A stretch of DNA of 248,000 bases from Octopus vulgaris (GCA_951406725.2 OX597823.1:38212001-38460000), one strand, 5' to 3'. Shown: positions 194,601 through 209,924, counted from the stretch's first letter. Notes: generated from the letters alone by a model not told the origin. Made by a program: numbers and translations.

Positions 194601-195779
194601 TGCTAAAAAATTAACACATTTTCTTTATAACGATTACATTTTTGCTGTTATATGATATGTATACATTTAAAATGTATCATACATCTTAAAGTATGAAAAA
194701 AATCTGTTGATAGTAAATATTTTGGTTAAAATCTAAACTGTTTCTGTATGTTCCAGGTTGACTTGTGTAGTTGGTGACTGAAGTGAATTTTAAAAATTAA
194801 ATATTATTATTTCATCTTGAAATAGTGTACTTAGATTAGAGAAGGTTGTACAACTAGGAGAGCTGTGAAGCTGTATATTGATATATAGTAAAATGTTACA
194901 GGTTGTAATGAAGTTTTGAAAAACATAAATGAATATTTTAAATGTATTTCTAAATTATAAACCCTGAAGAGGAAGCAAAAGGGAAGCATTTGGTTTGCAT
195001 TTGGATTCTGCACTAATGTCTTCACTAGTGATGGATTATCACTAAGTTTTCTAATGAATCAGAAAACTACTGCTTTCAAAAAGTGTTTAGAGTGGAGTAA
195101 AAACCTACAGAATTGGTTTCTAGACCAGTGGAAGAATGTTATTTTCTCAGACAAGTCATCCTTTACCTTATTTCCAACCACTGGCTGAGTATACATGTGG
195201 AGACAGCCAAAAGAAGCATTTGACCCAGACTGCCTTCTTTCAACTGTTAAACATGGAGGAAATCTGGCTTTGTGCAGCTCCCAGCAAACAGTTTTTGTGG
195301 AAACTAGGTTCTCGAGGTGGTCATTAAGCTCTGCAGTAGTTTGGGAGCTGTACGTTTGGGATCATTTCTAACAATTCACGTAAGAATCCGACGGTCCCTA
195401 CCTGAAAGTTTTGGTTTTCTTCTGGAGTTTTGTTTTGACAAGGAGGTTTTTCCCTCTTTCTCAAAGGCTATCATTACTTTCGAGATAGTACTTCTTGATA
195501 CACTAAACATTTTGGCTGTTTTCGTTATGCTAGCACCTGCCATACGAGTACCAACAATTTGACCTCTTTGAAACTCCAATAGATCTGTCATTTTAATAAA
195601 TTTTAATTACCTTTTTCTGATGATATCAGAAAAGAAACAGCAGTTTTAGCAAAACATTTTAAGCAACACTAATAATAAACCAAAAAACATAAAAATAAGC
195701 AAGCTTTTGATGGTTTTATAGATATTTCAAAATTATGATGCTAGGTGTTTCCATTATTTTGTCCAACCCCTGTATATAA

Positions 195780-196345
195780 ACTATAAAAAATACAAAAATG
195801 GGATAAGAACGTAAAACATCTAGACAGTGTTAGGTGATACAAAAAATGGACAACAAAACATCCAGACAGACAATACAAAGAAAACAAGGACAGGTCATGC
195901 GGAGTTTTCTATCCTCAGTTGAGTTCCAGATTATCTTTGCAATTTCAGCTGGTTATACTCGAGATTGCTCCAATCTGGCCAGCACCAAGGAAAAACTAAG
196001 CTAAGAGCATTAGATTCCTTGGAAGAAAGCAGTGAATATATACGAAAGCAAGGACAGAAAAAACAGAGAAATGTTACACAAATACAAATGCACTGTTTTT
196101 TCCATCCTTGTTTACATATATATTCACTGCTTTCTTGCAAGGAATCTAATGCTCTTAGCTTAGTTTTTCCTTGGGGCTGGCCAGATTGAAGCAATCTCGA
196201 GTATAACCAGCTGAAATTGCAAAGATAATCTGGAACTCAACTGAGGATAGAAAACTCTAAATGACCCATCTTTGTATTCTTTGTATCGTCTGTCTGGATG
196301 TTTTTGCATTCTTGTCCCATTTTTGTATTTTTTTTATATATAAAA
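195780..196345. repeat. Fold-back element with ~250-bp arms; family also at 103975-104150 and 224330-224560
   Basis: ccagattatctttgcaatttcagctggttatactcgagattgctccaatctggccagc...aaggaaaaactaagctaagagcattagattcc is mirrored at 196125-196250. Confidence 0.88.
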
Positions 196346-196384
196346 TATAGTGACGTACTTACACTTTGGTCTCTTATATGTAAG

Positions 196385-197956
<1,572 letters not shown>

Positions 197957-198046
197957 TTGATTGATTGATTGATTGATTCTAGTTTCAGCTTATGAGCTGT
198001 GGCCATGCTGGGGCACCGCCATTTGGTGTTGCTACTTGGTTTCACT

Positions 198047-201043
198047 TCATGGAGGCTTTCTAGCAACTGCTATTTGGTGCATGAGAGAGTTCGATGCAGC
198101 TGCCCTCATCTGCCCCTCCTGCCGTGAAGTTGGTTCATCTGGGACACCTGACAGGAAGAGATCCAGCTTCATTTTAAAGACATCTGTATCCACCCCATGC
198201 AGGTCTCTCAGGTTCTTCGGGAGGATATTGAAGAGCTGTGGGCCTCGGAAGCCCAGGCTATCACAGAATCTTGTCCTACATCTTGATGGCAGGTTTGGAG
198301 TCCTAGGCACCACGCAGTGGCGCCCAGTTCTGGCATTTGCGTAACTCTCGATGCCAAAGTTCAGGACACTTCCCTCCAGGATCTTCCAGATGTATATTAT
198401 GGCATATCTTTCCCGCCTACGCTCCAGGGAATATAATTTTAATCTCTTGAGTCTTTCCCAGTAGCTTACATTCTGCATAGAGGCTATCTTCTTTGTGTAG
198501 CTTCGTTGGATCGCCTCAAGTTCTGTGATCAACTTGACACTGGATGGTGACCATAGCTGAGAGCAATAGTCAAAGTGGCTTAGGACAAGTGTCTTCCAGA
198601 GGACCATCATGGTTTCTTGTTCTCTTGTTCTAAAGGTTCTAAGAATCCATCCAGCCAGCCGTCTACATTTCATTGTCAGTTTAGCAACATGTACATGAAA
198701 GGTCGCGTCATCACTCATGTGAATACCCAGGTCACGCACTGATTGTGCCTCTGGGATTGCAATCCCTCCGGGTCCAGTGTATTCATTGGGTATTGCATTC
198801 AGTTTTGCATGCTGATAGTATAAAGCTTGAAACTTTCCAGCATTGAACTGCATGCTATTCTTTTCAGCCCACTTGTATATTTCGTCCAGCTCACATTGCA
198901 GGTGTTTAGTGTCCTCAGGGTTCTGTATTGCCTGTGAAACTTTTGTATCATCTGCATAACTTGTGATCGTGGCTCTCTGCGTGGCTGAGGGCATGTCTGA
199001 GAGGGCCATTATGAACAGTAGTGGTCCCAGAACAGTGCCCTGCGGAACACCGCTCACTATTTGTGTGTTAATGGAGGTGGCCCCATTGGCTACTACCACC
199101 TGACTTCTATCCTTCAGAAAGTCATGAAGCCATTCTCCCAGTTTTCCAACTATGTTGAGATCACGCAGTTTGTGACATATCATTCCATGATCGACTTTAT
199201 CAAAGGCCTTTGCAAAGTCGAGATATATCACTTCCACATTTGAGTGGTTGAGCAGCCGTTTCAGCACCCAGTCATAGTGTTGTAGGAGCTGAGTTAAACA
199301 GCTTCTCCCTGGTCGGAAACCATGTTGGGTGTCGGGCAGCAAGTCATTCTCTTCAAGGAAGGTGATCAGCTTCCTTCTGACTATTCGTTCCATGACCTTG
199401 CTGATGTGTGAGGTCAGAGAGATAGGTCTATAGTTCTTGGCTTCCGCTCTGCTACCTCCTTTATGAATGGGGCATATTTTACCTTCCTTCAGTTTTCCTG
199501 GAAGTTTGCCAGCTGCAAGGAAGCTCTGAAAGAGGAACTGCAGTGGTCTTGCTAGGACTCTCTTACATGCTTTTAGGAGGATTGCCGGGAATCCATCGGG
199601 GCCAGTAGCTGAGTCTGTTTTCATTTCATCTATAGCCTTGGTTACATCGTCTTCCTTTATATCGATGTAATCTATCGTCGCCGCCTCTGATTTTATATCT
199701 GCAGTGGTAAAAAAGTCAGTTGGATTGGTGATTTGGAGATGCCCAAGGGGTGGAGTGAAAACACTCTTGAATTGCTCATTCAGTATTTCACTTACCCTCA
199801 TTGGTTTTCCTGTAAGTGTGCCATCCTTTTCGAGGAGTGGCCCTATTCTACAGTGCACTGTAGCTGTTTCTTTGGCATACCTGTAGAAAGCTCTGGGGTT
199901 AGATTTTATGTTTTCTATAGCCCAGGCTTCTTTGTCTGCTCTTTCTTTTTCATGGGAGAGTTGCAGACATTTTTCGATTTCCAACAGTTTTATTTTTAGG
200001 CGGGACTTTTCACTGCTTTCAATCTGTTTGTTTAGGCGATTTGAAAATTTCGTACGCCGTCTCATTAAAATTTTCCTCTCTCTGGGGATTTTGTTCTTGT
200101 GTACAGTGGCCTTTCTCTCTGGGACACATTTGTAGCATATGGCTTGCATTACAGACATGAATTGTTGAAGTTTCACGTCGATGTCTGGCGAGGAGAGACA
200201 TTTAGGCCAGTTTTGTTTGAGGATCTCTTTCTCAATTTGTTTCCAGTTTGCCTTATGGTAGTTCAAGCTGGAAAGATTTTGAGGGTTTCTTGTAGGCTGC
200301 ATGTCCGTGCTCTCTTTTGGCCCGTACATGGTCAGCTCTATCATGTTGTGATCCGAGAGTAGTGTCGGTGTCACTTTCACATTATGGATGAGATCCATGT
200401 CATTTGTGAAGCAGAGATCCAGTGTGTTACCTGCCCTGGTTGGTTGGAGTATTACCTGCTCCATGTACAGGGTGTTGATGAGGTTCAGGAGGGACCTCGC
200501 CTGTCCTCGTTCACATCTTGTCATTCCTGGGAGAGAAAGGCCCTCGGGCCATCTGACATTGGGCAGATTGAAGTCTCCCATAAGAAGCACACCTATGTGT
200601 TGTTCTAATGTGGTTAGAATTTCTTCTATTTTTATAAGGCAGTCTTCAAACTTGCCCACATGGCTTGGGGCATCTGGAGGGCGATATGTAGCACACACAA
200701 CTACATCAAGTTGCCTAATATGTACAATTAGTGTGTCACACACCGAGTTTGAGTATGACAAGAGGACCTGGGGTGTGAGGTCCTCACGGATGTACATAGC
200801 AACACCTCCATGACTCCTTTCTTTCCTGTCGGTCCGTAGTACAGCATACTGTGGTATGTGTAACTCCGCATCTGCTATGTCCGGTTTCAGGTGCGTTTCT
200901 GTAAGTGCTATGCATAAGGCTTGATTGCATGCAACAAAGTCTCTCAGGAACGGGATCTTTGTCCTGTTACTGAGTGTTTGCAGTCCTCTGATGTTCAGTA
201001 GGAGTATCGAGGTGAGGTGTACGTTGTTGCCGGCGGTGTCCAT
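198047..201043 (-). CDS. LINE ORF2: APE endonuclease plus reverse transcriptase (998 aa from MDTAGNN; track ORF opens at 201151)
   Basis: [45 protein letters not shown] (APE); [36 protein letters not shown] (RT); no stops. Confidence 0.95.
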   Translation of the reverse strand: MDTAGNNVHLTSILLLNIRGLQTLSNRTKIPFLRDFVACNQALCIALTETHLKPDIADAELHIPQYAVLRTDRKERSHGGVAMYIREDLTPQVLLSYSNSVCDTLIVHIRQLDVVVCATYRPPDAPSHVGKFEDCLIKIEEILTTLEQHIGVLLMGDFNLPNVRWPEGLSLPGMTRCERGQARSLLNLINTLYMEQVILQPTRAGNTLDLCFTNDMDLIHNVKVTPTLLSDHNMIELTMYGPKESTDMQPTRNPQNLSSLNYHKANWKQIEKEILKQNWPKCLSSPDIDVKLQQFMSVMQAICYKCVPERKATVHKNKIPRERKILMRRRTKFSNRLNKQIESSEKSRLKIKLLEIEKCLQLSHEKERADKEAWAIENIKSNPRAFYRYAKETATVHCRIGPLLEKDGTLTGKPMRVSEILNEQFKSVFTPPLGHLQITNPTDFFTTADIKSEAATIDYIDIKEDDVTKAIDEMKTDSATGPDGFPAILLKACKRVLARPLQFLFQSFLAAGKLPGKLKEGKICPIHKGGSRAEAKNYRPISLTSHISKVMERIVRRKLITFLEENDLLPDTQHGFRPGRSCLTQLLQHYDWVLKRLLNHSNVEVIYLDFAKAFDKVDHGMICHKLRDLNIVGKLGEWLHDFLKDRSQVVVANGATSINTQIVSGVPQGTVLGPLLFIMALSDMPSATQRATITSYADDTKVSQAIQNPEDTKHLQCELDEIYKWAEKNSMQFNAGKFQALYYQHAKLNAIPNEYTGPGGIAIPEAQSVRDLGIHMSDDATFHVHVAKLTMKCRRLAGWILRTFRTREQETMMVLWKTLVLSHFDYCSQLWSPSSVKLITELEAIQRSYTKKIASMQNVSYWERLKRLKLYSLERRRERYAIIYIWKILEGSVLNFGIESYANARTGRHCVVPRTPNLPSRCRTRFCDSLGFRGPQLFNILPKNLRDLHGVDTDVFKMKLDLFLSGVPDEPTSRQEGQMRAAASNSLMHQIAVARKPP

Positions 201044-201906
201044 CCTGTGTCTGTTTGCTGTGGTGGTCTGGTATATAGTGGGTAGTCCCACCTGCGGGCT
201101 TGGGTTTGATGAAGCCAGGTCAGCTGCTGTACAATCTTTTGTGCCATGCACAAAAAAGATTGTTGCTCAGCAGCTGCTCTTTCGACAACATCATGTTGGC
201201 TGTTTGTGGCGCGCACAACATCTGCGTACCTCCGCTTTGGGGCAGGTGGTGCGTGGTCCATCCCTTTTCTTTGTGTTGATGGTTTGTCCATCTGCCTCGT
201301 GTCTCTGTGGCAGGGTCCCCGATGTGCAAAGCGGCAGCCTGCACCTTCCTTTCCATGCCAGCAGGAACCTCTCAGGTAGAACATACACACCCGTGTGCGC
201401 TGTTTGGTTCCATCCTTTGCGGTTCCACTTCTATTTCTGGTTGTTTCACTCTTTGGTCCTGCTTGAGCTTTTTCTTTTCCTTTAGCTCTTCCAGTCCTTC
201501 TTTTAGTTCTTCTTCCTCCCTCTACCTCTTCACCGGGTTCTCCGTCTCCATGGCCCTTGCTGCCGGTTGGAGAACTTGCACCTGGGTTCACTTCCCGGGC
201601 AGGTTTCTCATTCAAAACCTCCTCCCGGGCGTCCACCAGGTGGGGGTGACTTCTTTCATCGTCTCCATTCTTGCCATCTTTGCCCCGCTCGTTCTCAAAG
201701 ATGGCATCAAGTGCGCCAATGTGCGACCGTACAAGCGCATATGAGCGCACGAATTCCTGTCTCTTTCGCTCCATCTGAGCCGCTGTCCTCTTGTAGCCTC
201801 TGCTCTTCAGCGCAGCCGCAATCACCTCGCTAGGGCTATCTCCGCCGGCGCACTCCCATGCTCGTACGAATAAATCCAGCTCGTCACGTCTCCATGCTCT
201901 GGACAT
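200995..201906 (-). CDS. LINE ORF1 (303 aa): Myb/SANT-like N-terminus, basic low-complexity linker, CCCH zinc finger
   Basis: W..DELDLFVRAW...IAAALKSRGYKRTAAQMERK resembles trihelix/MSANTD domains; CMFYLRGSCWHGKEGAGCRFAH = C-x7-C-x8-C-x3-H; overlaps the ORF2 start by 49 nt. Confidence 0.85.
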   Translation of the reverse strand: MSRAWRRDELDLFVRAWECAGGDSPSEVIAAALKSRGYKRTAAQMERKRQEFVRSYALVRSHIGALDAIFENERGKDGKNGDDERSHPHLVDAREEVLNEKPAREVNPGASSPTGSKGHGDGEPGEEVEGGRRTKRRTGRAKGKEKAQAGPKSETTRNRSGTAKDGTKQRTRVCMFYLRGSCWHGKEGAGCRFAHRGPCHRDTRQMDKPSTQRKGMDHAPPAPKRRYADVVRATNSQHDVVERAAAEQQSFLCMAQKIVQQLTWLHQTQARRWDYPLYTRPPQQTDTGWTPPATTYTSPRYSY

Positions 201907-201959
201907 GCTGGATAATCCGTCTATCCGTTTATCTATCTAATTATGTTCGAGAGAAGACA

Positions 201960-203250
201960 GGAAGATATTAAGGCTAATTAGAAGATAGAGTACTTGAAAA
202001 AGAAATATTAACAATATTAAAGTTTGTGTAAAAACGTTATTTGGGTAAAAACGTTATTTAATCTTAAGGCTAATTAGGGGATAGAGTATCTGAAAATGTA
202101 TTAGCAATATTAATATTATATTAGAGTGTGGATAAAAACGTTGTTTAATCTTAAGGCTAATTAGGAGATAGAGTATCTGAAAATATATTAGCAATATTAA
202201 TATTATATTAGAGTGTGGGTAAAAAAAACGTTATTTAATCTTAAGGCTAATTTGGAGATAGAGTATCTGAAAATATATTAGCAATATTAATATTATATTA
202301 GAGTGTGGGTAATATTAAACGTTATTTAATTTAATCTTAAGGCTAATTAGAAGACAGAGTATCTGAAAAATTATATATACAATATTAAGCAATATTAACC
202401 GTTATTTAATTTAATCTTAAGGCTAATTAGACGTTATTAATATTAAACGTTATTTAATTTAATCTTAAGGCTAATTAGAAGATAGAGTATCTGAAAATAT
202501 ATTAGCAATATTAATATTATATTAGAGTGTGGATAAAAACGTTATTTAATCTTAAGGCTAATCAGGAGATAGAGTATCTGAAAATATATTAGCAATGTTA
202601 ATATTATATTAGAGTGTGGGTAATATTAAACGTTATTTAATTTAATCTTAAGGCTAATTAGAAGATAGAGTATCTGAAGAATTATTAACAATATTAAAAC
202701 AATATTAAACGTTATTTAATTTAATCTTAAGGCTAATTAACAATAATTATTAACAATATTAAACAATATTAAACGTTATTTAATTTAATCCTAAGGCTAA
202801 TTAACAATAATTATTAACAATATTAAACAATATTAAACGTTATTTAATTTAATCTTAAGGCTAATTAACAGTAATTATTAACAATATTAAACAATATTAA
202901 ACGTTATTTAATTTAATCCTAAGGCTAATTAACAATAATTATTAACAATATTAAACGTTATTTAATTTAATCCTAAGGCTAATTAGACGTTATTAATATT
203001 AAACGTTATTTAATTTAATCTTAGGGCTAATTAGAAGATAGAGTATCTGAAAAATTATTAACAATATTAAAACAATATTAAACGTTATTTAATTTAATCT
203101 TAAGGCTAATTAACAATAATTATTAACAATATTAAACAATATTAAACGTTATTTAATTTAATCCTAAGGCTAATTTGACGGTATCAATATTAAACGTTAT
203201 TTAATTTAATCTTAAGGCTAATTAGAAGATAGAGTATCTGGAAAATTATT
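201960..203250 (-). repeat. AT-rich tandem monomer array directly upstream of ORF1
   Basis: About 18 units of variable length (~45-90 bp) built on aaacgttatttaatttaatcttaaggctaatt plus or minus agaagatagagtatctgaaaa; the ORF1-proximal units are the most divergent. Confidence 0.88.
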
Positions 203251-203696
203251 ATATCGAGAACAGATATTGAAAATGTAAACAAACAAAATGACGATCGCAA
203301 CTTTAACTAAGATGTGGGCCTAAGTGAAAGATAAAATAGAATAATAAATAAAATATGAAATAGATGAAATTGATACTTAATCCAACAATGTGGTCTGGAT
203401 TATTTTTTTTTTTGGTTTACGGGATTTTTTTCAGGAGAGATGCTTCTTTTTCTTTCTTGCAGGAGATAACTTGATTCAGTTATTTTTGCACCATGTGCGT
203501 TTCGGCGAAAATGAAAATTACTGTGTATATGTATATATTTATATATATATTTTTAAAAATATTTTTAACCAAAGTGTTGTAGTGATCTCTATGACTTAGA
203601 GTTTTACGTTTTGCAACTACAGTGGGTTATTTCGCCGTTCTATGCAAACTTTTTCACAGAGCAAAGGCAATCACGTCTTTCTCTGCTGAAAACGGA

Positions 203697-204300
<604 letters not shown>

Positions 204301-204396
204301 ATAAAATATTATTAGAGACAAAACCACTATTTTGCAAAACAAACAAGGAAAGACTTAATCAATACATAAAATTTTAATAAATAGTCAAAAAAACCG

Positions 204397-204439
204397 CCAC
204401 TACAATCGTTTCTTGTCTTGATCGACAATCTTCAGGTGG
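204397..204439 (-). ncRNA. Minimal hammerhead ribozyme (left arm)
   Basis: Exact reverse complement of 208816-208858. Confidence 0.8.
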
Positions 204440-207400
204440 ACTTCAATCTAAAATATCAATATTTTAAAATATACAAATAATAATTTTAAAATAATTAAAG
204501 TATGAATGAAAAAATATAAATATATAATCCATATATAACCTATATATAATCCATATATAATCAATATATAAACAATATATAAACTAAAATAAACCTATCA
204601 ACAATTAAATATAAAATATAAAATATATAATATAAAACAAAACAAAAAAATAATAATAATAATATAATAATAAACTATATATACACCCATACACATATAC
204701 CTAATTATATATAACCATATCTAACTACATACACTAAACCACACACCTATATATATATCCCTATACATACACATAAAAACGTCTAGGCAACTATAAATAA
204801 ATAAAATAGCTAAATACTTCAACACAATACTTATTCATACTCCCACACACACACACATACAACCCACATTCACGCTCTAGAAAACGGACATCACTCAAAA
204901 TTATGAACGGAGAAATAGAATAAATGGAATTAAAAATTATATTCACTTGGTAAAACGAACACTACTTAAAAATTATGAATGAAACAATGCAATAAAACAA
205001 CAGACATCGCAAATATACACAAATTACTACGAATTCCTTAACAAACCTACCATGATAAACCAAAACTCACAAAAACATATAATGATAAAATCTCCCTTTA
205101 CTAATCTATAACATACCTATATAGCAATCCCCCTAACCTAAACATTCACACACAAATACACACACGTAAACCACACACCCACGACATATACAAATACCCA
205201 CACCACTTACACATACCAATACATACATATAAACCTCAACATATACTCCAAAAACCCACTCAACCCCACACAGACAAATAAACACAAAAATTATGAATGG
205301 ATTCTTTTATAAAACTACCATGATAAGCTAAAACTCACAAAACAGAAATGATAAAACCTCCCTTTACTAAACACTATAACATACTTATATAGCAATCCCT
205401 TTAACCTATACATTCACACACAAAAACACACAAGTAAACCACACACCCATAACAAATACAAACACCCACCCCACTCACACACACCCACAAGTACATATAA
205501 ACCTCAACATATACACGAACAAAATTACTTTACCAAGGAACTTAACATATGTATAAAAAGTATAACCGCTCCGGAAACGAACATCTCTAAATTAATGAAT
205601 GGAGAAATGGAATAAATGGAATTAAAAATAATATTCACGTGGCAAAACGAACACCACTCAAAAATTATGAATGAAACAATGCAATAAAACAACCAACATC
205701 GAAAATAGACAAATTACCACGAATTCCCTAAAAAAACCATGATAAACCAAAACTCTTAAAAACATATAACGATAAAATCTCCCTTTGCTAAACTCTATAA
205801 CAAACCTATATAGCAATCCCCCTAACCTAAACATTCACACACAAATACACACACGTAAACCACAGACCCACGACATATACACATACCTATACTAACTTAT
205901 AAACCTCAATATACACCAAAATCCACTCCCTCCACACACAGACAAATTAACACATACATCCCAAAACCTAAATAACAAACCCATATACACATTCACACAC
206001 AAACACACACACAGGCAAAACACACACACACAACAGATACATATACTCCCTCACATATACGCATATACATACTCACTAAACTCGATATATACAACAATAT
206101 TTACACACCCACACTCATACAGATAAATAAATTATACAACTAAAAACTCACATACAATCTCATATACATAAACACTCCTATGAAAACAACATTAAATACA
206201 TCGTAATTAACCAGAATATCAAAAATAACAATATGACATAAGGATAAATAAAATACATACTTACAAGTCAGTTTCAAATTATAAAGTGAAATTAAATTCT
206301 TAGCCGTTAAAAAAATCAAACCAAAATTACGTTACCATAGAAATAACTTATGTAAAAAAAGAATACGCGTCATGGAAAGTAAACGTCATTTAAAATTATG
206401 AATGGAGAAAAAGAATAAATGGAACTAAAAACTATATCCACGTGGCAAACCAACACTACTTAAAAAAATTTATTATGAATGGATTCTTTAAAAAACTACC
206501 ATGAAAAATCATTATATACATTTATGAGCTTTAGCTCACCTTAGCAGCTCTAACAAACAACTTGCAGCAACCCAAACCTATTCTCGATGCCTACCTCACT
206601 ACTACACTATTCCACTCACAATTCCAAGCAACGCTAGTCCACCACCCGGTTACAATTCCCAACTCCACCCATTCATTCACAATTTCAACGACGTTCGCCT
206701 CCACAGCGCTACATATAAGCCTCAACATATACACCGGAGATTCACATCCGTGCGAATGGGTGAGATTAATTCCTTAACAAACCTACCAAGATAAACCAAA
206801 ACTCACAAAACATATAATGATAAAATCTCCCTTTACTAAACTCTATAACATACCTATATAGCAATCCCCCTAACCTAAACATTCACACACAAATACACAC
206901 ACGTAAACCACACACCCACGACATATAGATACCCACACCACTTACACATACCAATACATACATATAAACCTCAACATATACTCCAAAACCCACTCAACCC
207001 CACACATACAAATAAACACAAAAATTATGAATGGATTCTTTTATAAAACTACCATGATAAGCTAAAACTCACAAAACAGAAATAATAAAACCTCCCTTTA
207101 CTAAACACTATAACATACTTATATAGCAATCCCTTTAACCTATACATTCACACACAAAAAAACACACGTAAACCACACACCCATAACAAATACAAACACC
207201 CACCCCACTCACACACACCCACAAGTACAAATAAGCCTCAACATATACACCAAACAAAATTACTTTACCAAGGAACTTAACATATGTATAAAAAATATAA
207301 CCGCTCTGGAAACGAACATCTCTAAATTAATGAATGGAGAAATGGAATAAATGGAATTAAAAATAATATTCACGTGGCAAAACGAACACCACTCAAAAAT

Positions 207401-208815
207401 TATGAATGAAACAATGTAATAAAACAACCAACATCGAAAATAGACAAATTACCACGAATTCCCTAAAAAAACCATGATAAACCAAATCTCTTAAAACCTA
207501 CAACGATAAATCTCCCTTTGCTAAACTCTATAACAAACCTATATAGCAATCCCCCTAACCTAAACATTCACACACAAATACACACACTTAAACCACAGAC
207601 CCACGACATATACACATACCTATACTAACTTATAAACCTCAATATACACCAAAACCCACTCCCTCCACACACAGACAAATTAACACATACATCCCAAAAC
207701 CTAAATAACAAACCCATATACACATTCACACACAAACACACACACACGCAAAACACACACACACAACAGATACATATACTCCCTCACATATACGCATATA
207801 CATACTCACTAAACTCGATATATACAACAATATTTACACACCCACACTCATACAGATAAATAAATTATACAACTAAAAACTCACACACAATCTCATATAC
207901 ATAAACACTCCTATGAAAACAACATTAAATACATCGTAATTAACCGGAATATCAAAAATAACAATATGACATAAGGATAAATAAAAAACATACTTACAAG
208001 TCAGTTTCAAATTATGAAGTGAAATTAAATTCTTAGCCGTTAAAAGAATCAAACCAAAATTACGTTACCATAGAAATAACTTATGTAAAAAAAGAATACG
208101 CGCCATGGAAAGTAAACGTCATTTAAAATTATGAATGGAGAAAAGGAATAAATGGAACTAAAAACTATATCCACGTGGCAAACCAACACTACTTAAAAAA
208201 ATTTATTATGAATGGATTCTTTAAAAAAACTACCATGAAAAATCATTATATACATTTATGAGCTTTAGCTCACCTTAGCAGCTCTAACAAACAACTTGCA
208301 GCAACCCAACCCATTCTCGATGCCTACCTCACTACTACACTATTCCACTCACAATTTTGAGTGATGTCCGTTTTCTAGAGCGTGAATGTGGGTTGTATGT
208401 GTGTGTGTGTGGGAGTATGAATAAGTATTGTGTTGAAGTATTTAGCTATTTTATTTATTTATAGTTGCCTAGACGTTTTTATGTGTATGTATAGGGATAT
208501 ATATATAGGTGTGTGGTTTAGTGTATGTAGTTAGATATGGTTATATATAATTAGGTATATGTGTATGGGTGTATATATAGTTTATTATTATATTATTATT
208601 ATTATTTTTTTGTTTTGTTTTATATTTTATATTTTATATTTTATATTTAATTGTTGATAGGTTTATTTTAGTTTATATATTGTTTATATATTGATTATAT
208701 ATGGATTATATATAGGTTATATATGGATTATATATTTATATTTTTTCATTCATACTTTAATTATTTTAAAATTATTATTTGTATATTTTAAAATATTGAT
208801 ATTTTAGATTGAAGT

Positions 208816-208858
208816 CCACCTGAAGATTGTCGATCAAGACAAGAAACGATTGTAGTGG
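208816..208858 (+). ncRNA. Minimal hammerhead ribozyme (right arm)
   Basis: ccac-CTGAAGA-ttgtc-gatcaa-gacaa-GAAAC-gatt-GTA-gtgg: 4-bp stem I, 5-bp stem II, 2-bp near-palindromic stem III, GUA triplet. Confidence 0.82.
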
Positions 208859-209033
208859 CGGTTTTTTTGACTATTTATTAAAATTTTATGTATTGATTAA
208901 GTCTTTCCTTGTTTGTTTTGCAAAATAGTGGTTTTGTCTCTAATAATATTTTATAATATTTTACTATAAAATTGGATTTAATCCTAAATCTGATTTTTTT
209001 CCCTGTAAATTTGGATTTATTCCCTAATATTTA

Positions 209034-209144
<111 letters not shown>

Positions 209145-209159
209145 TATATATAAATATAT

Positions 209160-209327
<168 letters not shown>

Positions 209328-209332
209328 GCATA

Positions 209333-209372
<40 letters not shown>

Positions 209373-209395
209373 CACACACATATATATATATATAT

Positions 209396-209616
<221 letters not shown>

Positions 209617-209624
209617 TATATATA

Positions 209625-209883
209625 TACTTTGATACTTTGATAGGTTTCGGCCATTATTGGCCCAGGCCATGTCTAACTTAATAGCACCACCTGGTGAAGT
209701 CTTTCAAATCAGAATTTGGGCACTATGGCCCACTCAAGTAGAGAGTTATTGTTTACAGAGACATATCCGGGTGTAGGGGGTTTATCCGGGATTTCTTGAA
209801 GGAATCTGTCCAAAGACTTCTTGAACCCTATAGGGTCAGTTTCTGTTTTAATGTGTTTTGGTGTAATGTTAAAGAGAGCGGGG
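209625..209883 (-). mobile_element. ~260-bp 3' end of the CR1/L2 family seen at 8.9-10.0 kb, embedded in (TA)n
   Basis: Nearly identical to 8888-9140, including the (atcaaagt)2 tail; TA arrays on both sides. Confidence 0.92.
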
Positions 209884-209924
209884 GATATATATATATATAT
209901 ACACATACACATATATATATATAT

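Larger units (their letters stand above)
197957..203270 (-). mobile_element. Full-length, apparently intact CR1/L2-group LINE (5' tandem array, ORF1, ORF2, (TCAA)n tail)
   Basis: Two uninterrupted overlapping ORFs, CpG-rich, tail ...cagctcataagctgaaactagaatcaatcaatc against (TA)n. The 5' boundary is uncertain. Confidence 0.92.
204301..208954. mobile_element. 4.65-kb non-coding fold-back element with ~600-bp inverted arms carrying hammerheads (PLE-derived)
   Basis: 204301-204902 is the reverse complement of 208354-208954. The interior is A/C-skewed, lacks a long ORF, and contains a ~1.6-kb tandem duplication (205030-206620 and 206768-208355). Flanked by (TA)n. Confidence 0.9.

Noticed and set aside
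195880-196270. Possible hammerhead in the 195.8 kb fold-back (CTGAGGA/CTGAAGA followed by a short stem)
   Set aside because: No GAAA-NUH junction and no stem I pairing in any of the three family copies examined.
200925-201833. Several plus-strand ORFs of 60-186 aa over the LINE ORF1
   Set aside because: Antisense frames of GC-rich coding sequence with no independent motifs.
201960-203250. Repeat-spacer appearance of the AT-rich array
   Set aside because: The intervening blocks are related to each other rather than unique spacers, so it is not CRISPR; treated as a LINE 5' array.
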